The translations under genes and the position numbers were made by a program. Shown here piece after piece: positions 59,473-64,000 of a stretch of DNA of 64,000 nucleotides. Origin of the DNA: Cypionkella sp. GTDB lineage: Bacteria; Pseudomonadota; Alphaproteobacteria; Rhodobacterales; Rhodobacteraceae. The notes under the pieces are model-generated. The model did not search any database. It saw only the letters and a list, made by a program, of their open reading frames with translations, and was not told the origin of the DNA. The DNA is taken from NCBI RefSeq assembly GCF_030652235.1, contig NZ_JAUSBA010000042.1, positions 1,205 to 65,204 on the forward strand, in the 5' to 3' direction. The stretch's first letter is position 1, and each line of letters opens with the position of its first letter.

Positions 59473-60419
59473 TATTGCATATCCCCCGAGAGATAAGAAT
59501 TGTGGATGATCGCGCCCAGGCCTGCGGCCTCACCAATAAAGCGGGTCAGAAACTCGTGCAGACCTTCTTCAAAAATCTGCTCGGTCGACTGCTTCTCCAG
59601 ATCATGCAGCAGTCGGGTGGCCACCGATTGCGCCTCGCTTTCGCGGCCATAAAGCTTCGCCAGACGGGTCAAATGGTTGTTCACCCCCGCCATGCAGGTG
59701 ATCAAACTGCGCGGACATTGCGGGTTCAAAATTAGGAAATGCGCGATCTTGCCAGAGGTGATCTCACCGCCGTAAGCCCAATGAAACGCCCGATTGGCCG
59801 ACATCGCCCGCAGCAGCATCGCCCACTGATCATTGTCGAGCCCCGATCCGACATAATCGGCGCGCGGCAGCAAAACGTAGTACTTCACATCCATCAGGCG
59901 CGCGGTGCTATCGCCGCGTTCTAGATAATAGCCGATATTCAACACGTTATAACCGTCGTTGCGCAACTGAGTCGCATCAATAGCGCCCCGCACCATCGCC
60001 GTATGGCGCGTCACCCAATCGGTCAGACGCGAGAGTTCATGCGGCGTGGTCTGCGCCGAAAGCTGGCGAAGTTCCTGAAACGCGGTGTTCAAAGCATCCC
60101 AAACTTGCGTGGTCAAAGCGGTGCGGATGATGCGGGCATTCTCGCGCGCATTGGTGATGCAGGACGCCACCGAGTTCGGATTGTCGCGGTCGAAAAACAG
60201 ATAAGATTCGATCTGCGCTTGCGCAGGATGCCCGTATTTCGCGGCATAGCCGTTGGCGTTACCCGAGGCACGCAACAGGCTGTCCCAATCGTTGCGGTAG
60301 CCTTGGGCGGTGGGCAGTAGCGAGATACGCGCGCCCACTTCCAGCAGGCGAGCGGCGGTTTCAGCGCGCTCCATATTGCGGGCGATCCAATAGAGGTTGT
60401 CGGCGGTTCTGCTCAGCAT
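59472..60419 (-). CDS. Alpha-E domain protein
   Basis: MLSRTADNLYW..RNMERAE, ERGDSTAR, PRSL (two ER motifs). Confidence 0.9.
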   Translation of the reverse strand: MLSRTADNLYWIARNMERAETAARLLEVGARISLLPTAQGYRNDWDSLLRASGNANGYAAKYGHPAQAQIESYLFFDRDNPNSVASCITNARENARIIRTALTTQVWDALNTAFQELRQLSAQTTPHELSRLTDWVTRHTAMVRGAIDATQLRNDGYNVLNIGYYLERGDSTARLMDVKYYVLLPRADYVGSGLDNDQWAMLLRAMSANRAFHWAYGGEITSGKIAHFLILNPQCPRSLITCMAGVNNHLTRLAKLYGRESEAQSVATRLLHDLEKQSTEQIFEEGLHEFLTRFIGEAAGLGAIIHNSYLSGDMQ

Positions 60420-60422
60420 GAT

Positions 60423-61835
60423 TTACTCCGCCAATACCCAAGTGTCTTTAACGCCGCCGCCTTGCGAAGAGTTCACTACCAATGAACCTTCGCGCAAAGC
60501 CACGCGGGTCAGGCCACCAGGGACCAATTCGATGCGTTCACCGACCAAGCAATAGGGGCGCAGATCGACGTGGCGCGGCGCGATGCCTTCTTCGACAAAG
60601 GTGGGCGTGGTCGACAAAGCCAAGGTCGGCTGGGCGATGTAATTGCCGGGATTGGCAAGGATCAGCGCGCGAAAATCTTCGACCTGCTGTTTGGTCGATT
60701 TCGGGCCAACGAGCATGCCGTAGCCGCCCGAGCCGTGTACTTCCTTCACCACCAGTTCGTGCAGATTCTCGGTGACATATTTCAGATCAGACGCTTCACC
60801 ACATTTCCAAGTGGGGACATTGCTCAGGATCGGTTCTTCACCGAGGTAGAACCTAATCATCTCGGGCACATAGGTGTAGACCGCCTTATCATCGGCCACC
60901 CCTGCCCCCGGTGCCGAGCAAATCGACACCCCTCCCGAGCGATACACATCCATCAGTCCCGGCACGCCCAGCATGGAATCGGGGCGGAAGCATAAAGGAT
61001 CAATGTAGTCGTCGTCCAAGCGGCGATAGATCACGTCAACGCGCTTTGGGCCCTCGGTGGTGCGCATATAGACGAAGGCACCATCGACGAACAAATCTTG
61101 CCCCTCGACCAGTTCCACGCCCATCAGATCGGCAAGGAAGCTGTGCTCATAATAGGCCGAGTTGAAATGGCCGGGCGTCAGGATCACCACGGTCGGGTCG
61201 CGGTCGCATTTGGCGGGGGCGACGGAGGCGAGGGTGCGGCGGAGTTTGTAGGGGTAGCTGTCAATCGGTTCGATGCGGTTTTCGCGGAAGAGGTCTGGGA
61301 ACATCCGCATCATCATCTCGCGGGATTCGAGCATGTAACTTACCCCGGACGGCGTGCGGCAGTTGTCCTCCAGAACGTAAAACTCGCTCGGCCCGGTGCG
61401 CACTATGTCGATGCCAACGATATGAGAATACACGCCTTTTGGCGGGACAAAGCCGCAGACTGATTTCTCATAGGCTGCGTTCTGATAGACCAGCTTTGCC
61501 GGAATCCGCCCCGCACGCACGATCTCGCCGCGTCCATAGACATCGACCAAAAACGCGTTCAAAGCCCGCGCGCGCTGTTTGATGCCGCGCTCTAGTTTTG
61601 CCCATTCGTTGGCAGTGAACACGCGCGGGAACATATCAAACGGGATCAACCTATCCGGGTCGCCGCCCTCGCCGTAAACCGCGAAGGTGATGCCGATGCG
61701 GCGGAAAAGCGCTTCGGCCTCTGCCTGTTTGGCCAGCCGAATGTTGGCGGGCATATCAGCGCTCCAGCCTTCCAAACGGGCATAAGGCGGGCGCACCGCG
61801 TTATTTTGGAACATTTCGTTGAAATAAGGGGTCAT
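60423..61835 (-). CDS. Circularly permuted type 2 ATP-grasp protein
   Basis: GITFAVY, VLEDNCRTPSGVSY, RVDVIYRR, GVADDK, PGGLTRVA, NSSQGGG.KDTWV. Confidence 0.9.
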   Translation of the reverse strand: MTPYFNEMFQNNAVRPPYARLEGWSADMPANIRLAKQAEAEALFRRIGITFAVYGEGGDPDRLIPFDMFPRVFTANEWAKLERGIKQRARALNAFLVDVYGRGEIVRAGRIPAKLVYQNAAYEKSVCGFVPPKGVYSHIVGIDIVRTGPSEFYVLEDNCRTPSGVSYMLESREMMMRMFPDLFRENRIEPIDSYPYKLRRTLASVAPAKCDRDPTVVILTPGHFNSAYYEHSFLADLMGVELVEGQDLFVDGAFVYMRTTEGPKRVDVIYRRLDDDYIDPLCFRPDSMLGVPGLMDVYRSGGVSICSAPGAGVADDKAVYTYVPEMIRFYLGEEPILSNVPTWKCGEASDLKYVTENLHELVVKEVHGSGGYGMLVGPKSTKQQVEDFRALILANPGNYIAQPTLALSTTPTFVEEGIAPRHVDLRPYCLVGERIELVPGGLTRVALREGSLVVNSSQGGGVKDTWVLAE

Positions 61836-61932
61836 GCGGTGCCGCCTTTTCGTGCTGATTGATCCAAGTAAAGGCCGCTGAATTTGCGCCGTAAAGGGCA
61901 GAAGATTGAAAGCGCTTCGATTTTCACATATC

Positions 61933-61971
61933 CGCCCGAAATAACCGCAAGGTGCCGCCTAAATTATAGGC
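61933..61971. promoter_or_regulatory. Candidate tandem NtrC-type site
   Basis: CGCC-N9-CGC-N7-CGCC-N9-GGC, ~100-135 bp upstream of the ATP-grasp start; compared with the recalled Rhodobacter NtrC consensus CGCC-N9-GGC. Confidence 0.5.
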
Positions 61972-62057
61972 AAACACCTTTGCTCACCTTTCCGCGCGCT
62001 GCCTTGCACAACGCCCCCTTTGCCCCCTAGATACATCCAACAATCAAAGAGGTTCCC

Positions 62058-63899
62058 ATGTCGCTTCCCCTGCCCCGTCCCGGCCACAAAGCCGCGGTTT
62101 TTGATGCCCGCATCGGCTCGAACTCGTTTGGCGATCTGCCCGATTGGGATCTGAGCGACCTTTACCCTGCCCCGGATGCGCCAGAACTGACGCGGGATCT
62201 GGCGTGGCTCGACAAGGCTTGCGTTGATTTTGCGGCGAAATACGAAGGCAAACTGGCGGGTCTGAAGGCTGCAGACCTGCTGGCCTGCGTGACGGAATAT
62301 GAGGCGATTGACGTGATCGCTGGCCGGATCGGGTCTTATGCGGGCCTGCGTTACTACCAAAACACCATGGATTCCGAGCGTGCCAAATTCATGGCCGATG
62401 TGCAGGACAACATCACCAATTTCACCACCCCTTTGGTGTTTTTCAGCCTTGAATTCAACCGCTTGGACGATGATCTTCTAGCGAAACTGACCGCCGAGAA
62501 CGCGGCGCTTGCCCGCTACAATCCGGTGTTCGCCCGGATGCGCGCGATGCGGCCGCATCAATTGTCGGATGAGATGGAAAAATACCTGCACGACGCTTCG
62601 GTTGTGGGGGCATCGGCATGGAACAAGCTATTTGATGAGACGATGGCGGGCCTGATGTTCACCGTTGCAGGGGAAGAAGAAGACCTGAACCTAGAGGCCA
62701 CGCTGAACCTTTTGACCGACGCTGATCGCGCCAAGCGCGAGGCCGCAAGCCGTGCTTTGGCCGAGGTTTTTGACAAACACATCAAACTGTTTGCCCGCGT
62801 TCACAACACCTTGGCGAAGGAAAAAGAAATCGAAGACCGCTGGCGCAAGATGCCCAGCCCGCAGTACTCGCGCCACCTAGCCAATCATGTGGAGCCTGAG
62901 GTGGTCGAGGCGTTGCGCAATGCGGTTGTGGCGGCCTATCCCAAGCTAAGCCACCGCTATTACAAGCTGAAAGCCAAATGGATGGGCCTTGACCGCCTGC
63001 AAACCTGGGACCGCAACGCGCCTTTGCTGACCGAAGCGCCGCGCTTGGTGAACTGGGCGGAAGCCACCGAAACCGTGCTGTCGGCCTATGCCGCTTTTGA
63101 TCCGCGCATGGCCGAGATTGCCAAACCGTTCTTCACCGATGGTTGGATTGATGCGGGGGTAAAACCCGGCAAGGCACCGGGGGCGTTTGCGCATCCGACC
63201 GTCACCACCGTTCATCCCTATGTGATGCTGAACTACTTGGGCAAACCGCGCGATGTGATGACGCTGGCGCATGAGTTGGGCCATGGCGTGCATCAGGTTT
63301 TGGCGGCGGGTCAGGGCGAGTTGTTGTCCTCGACCCCGCTGACTTTGGCGGAAACCGCGAGCGTTTTTGGCGAGATGCTGACTTTCCGTAAGCTGCTCGA
63401 CGGGGCCAAGACGCCTGCCGAGCGCAAAACTCTGCTCGCGGGCAAGGTGGAAGACATGATCAACACCGTGGTGCGCCAGATCGCATTCTACGATTTCGAA
63501 TGTAAACTCCACGCCGCCCGTGCCGAAGGTGAACTTACGCCCGACGATATCAACGCGCTCTGGATGTCAGTGCAGGCGCAGTCTTTGGGCGAAGTGTTTG
63601 ATTTTGCGGATGGATATGAAACCTTCTGGGCCTATATCCCGCATTTCGTCCACTCGCCGTTCTACGTCTACGCCTATGCGTTTGGCGACGGCTTGGTCAA
63701 CGCGCTTTATGCCGCCTATGCCGATGGTCTGCCGGATTTCCAAGAGAAGTACTTCCAGATGCTGAAAGCGGGCGGCTCAAAACACCATAAGGAATTGTTG
63801 GCCCCATTTGGGCTGGACGCGTCTGACCCAAAATTCTGGGACAAGGGCCTGTCGATGATCGCGGGCTTCATTGACGAGTTGGAAGCGATGGAAGACTAA
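62058..63899 (+). CDS. pepF: M3 family oligoendopeptidase F
   Basis: HELGH zincin motif, LAETASVFGE, HFVHSPFYVYAY. Confidence 0.88.
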   Translation: MSLPLPRPGHKAAVFDARIGSNSFGDLPDWDLSDLYPAPDAPELTRDLAWLDKACVDFAAKYEGKLAGLKAADLLACVTEYEAIDVIAGRIGSYAGLRYYQNTMDSERAKFMADVQDNITNFTTPLVFFSLEFNRLDDDLLAKLTAENAALARYNPVFARMRAMRPHQLSDEMEKYLHDASVVGASAWNKLFDETMAGLMFTVAGEEEDLNLEATLNLLTDADRAKREAASRALAEVFDKHIKLFARVHNTLAKEKEIEDRWRKMPSPQYSRHLANHVEPEVVEALRNAVVAAYPKLSHRYYKLKAKWMGLDRLQTWDRNAPLLTEAPRLVNWAEATETVLSAYAAFDPRMAEIAKPFFTDGWIDAGVKPGKAPGAFAHPTVTTVHPYVMLNYLGKPRDVMTLAHELGHGVHQVLAAGQGELLSSTPLTLAETASVFGEMLTFRKLLDGAKTPAERKTLLAGKVEDMINTVVRQIAFYDFECKLHAARAEGELTPDDINALWMSVQAQSLGEVFDFADGYETFWAYIPHFVHSPFYVYAYAFGDGLVNALYAAYADGLPDFQEKYFQMLKAGGSKHHKELLAPFGLDASDPKFWDKGLSMIAGFIDELEAMED

Positions 63900-64000
63900 C
63901 GCTGCGCAAAGTAGCCTGTTGCTGCAATCTTGGCCAAAACCTCTTCGCCAAGGCGAGGGGATCGCAGTGACAGGCAGTTTTGCTTATAAAACCAATAGAG

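Noticed and set aside
16-63765. Numerous long antisense and alternate-frame ORFs in the track (for example 962-1402, 29871-30344, 36829-38157, 45819-46769)
   Set aside because: They shadow well-supported genes, are R/P/A-rich and carry no recognisable motifs; expected in high-GC DNA

Overview
GC-rich alphaproteobacterial DNA, most likely Rhodobacteraceae (inferred from DUF6280, the helicase-S4-fdxA-carD and pcm-tolC loci, and Rhodobacterales-type intergenic repeats). (1) 1-18.5 kb is an accessory catabolic island: a minus-strand operon of at least 15 genes joins a sugar-type ABC importer and several polyol/enone redox enzymes (two Zn-MDRs, Gfo/Idh/MocA, PRISE-like SDR, YciI, PanE-like, tautomerase, VOC) to a hydroxyquinol/maleylacetate/3-oxoadipate lower pathway (intradiol dioxygenase, maleylacetate reductase, pcaIJF). 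A divergent unit encodes a beta-hydroxyacid dehydrogenase and a winged-helix/solute-binding-protein fusion. Two decayed genes mark the island edge. (2) 19.5-31 kb is mostly core genes (class V aminotransferase, MsbA-like exporter, ygfZ, inositol monophosphatase, efp, DUF6280, pcm-tolC and a PopZ-like gene), plus an internally deleted pseudogene. (3) 31-42 kb is an abm-type 2-aminobenzoyl-CoA cluster with MarR, a palindromic operator and a divergent ECH-HADH-kynureninase-like operon. (4) 42-64 kb holds metY, SIMPL, a 1021-aa PilM-like...PilP-like protein, hppD/Lrp, Kef, carD, fdxA, a doubly broken hslR-like gene, a helicase, TPR, SCP2/PldB, the four-gene ATP-grasp/alpha-E/transglutaminase/Anbu operon with an NtrC-like tandem box, and pepF. 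No rRNA, tRNA, CRISPR array, transposase or integrase was recognised. All family assignments are by-eye motif recognition; no database search was run.
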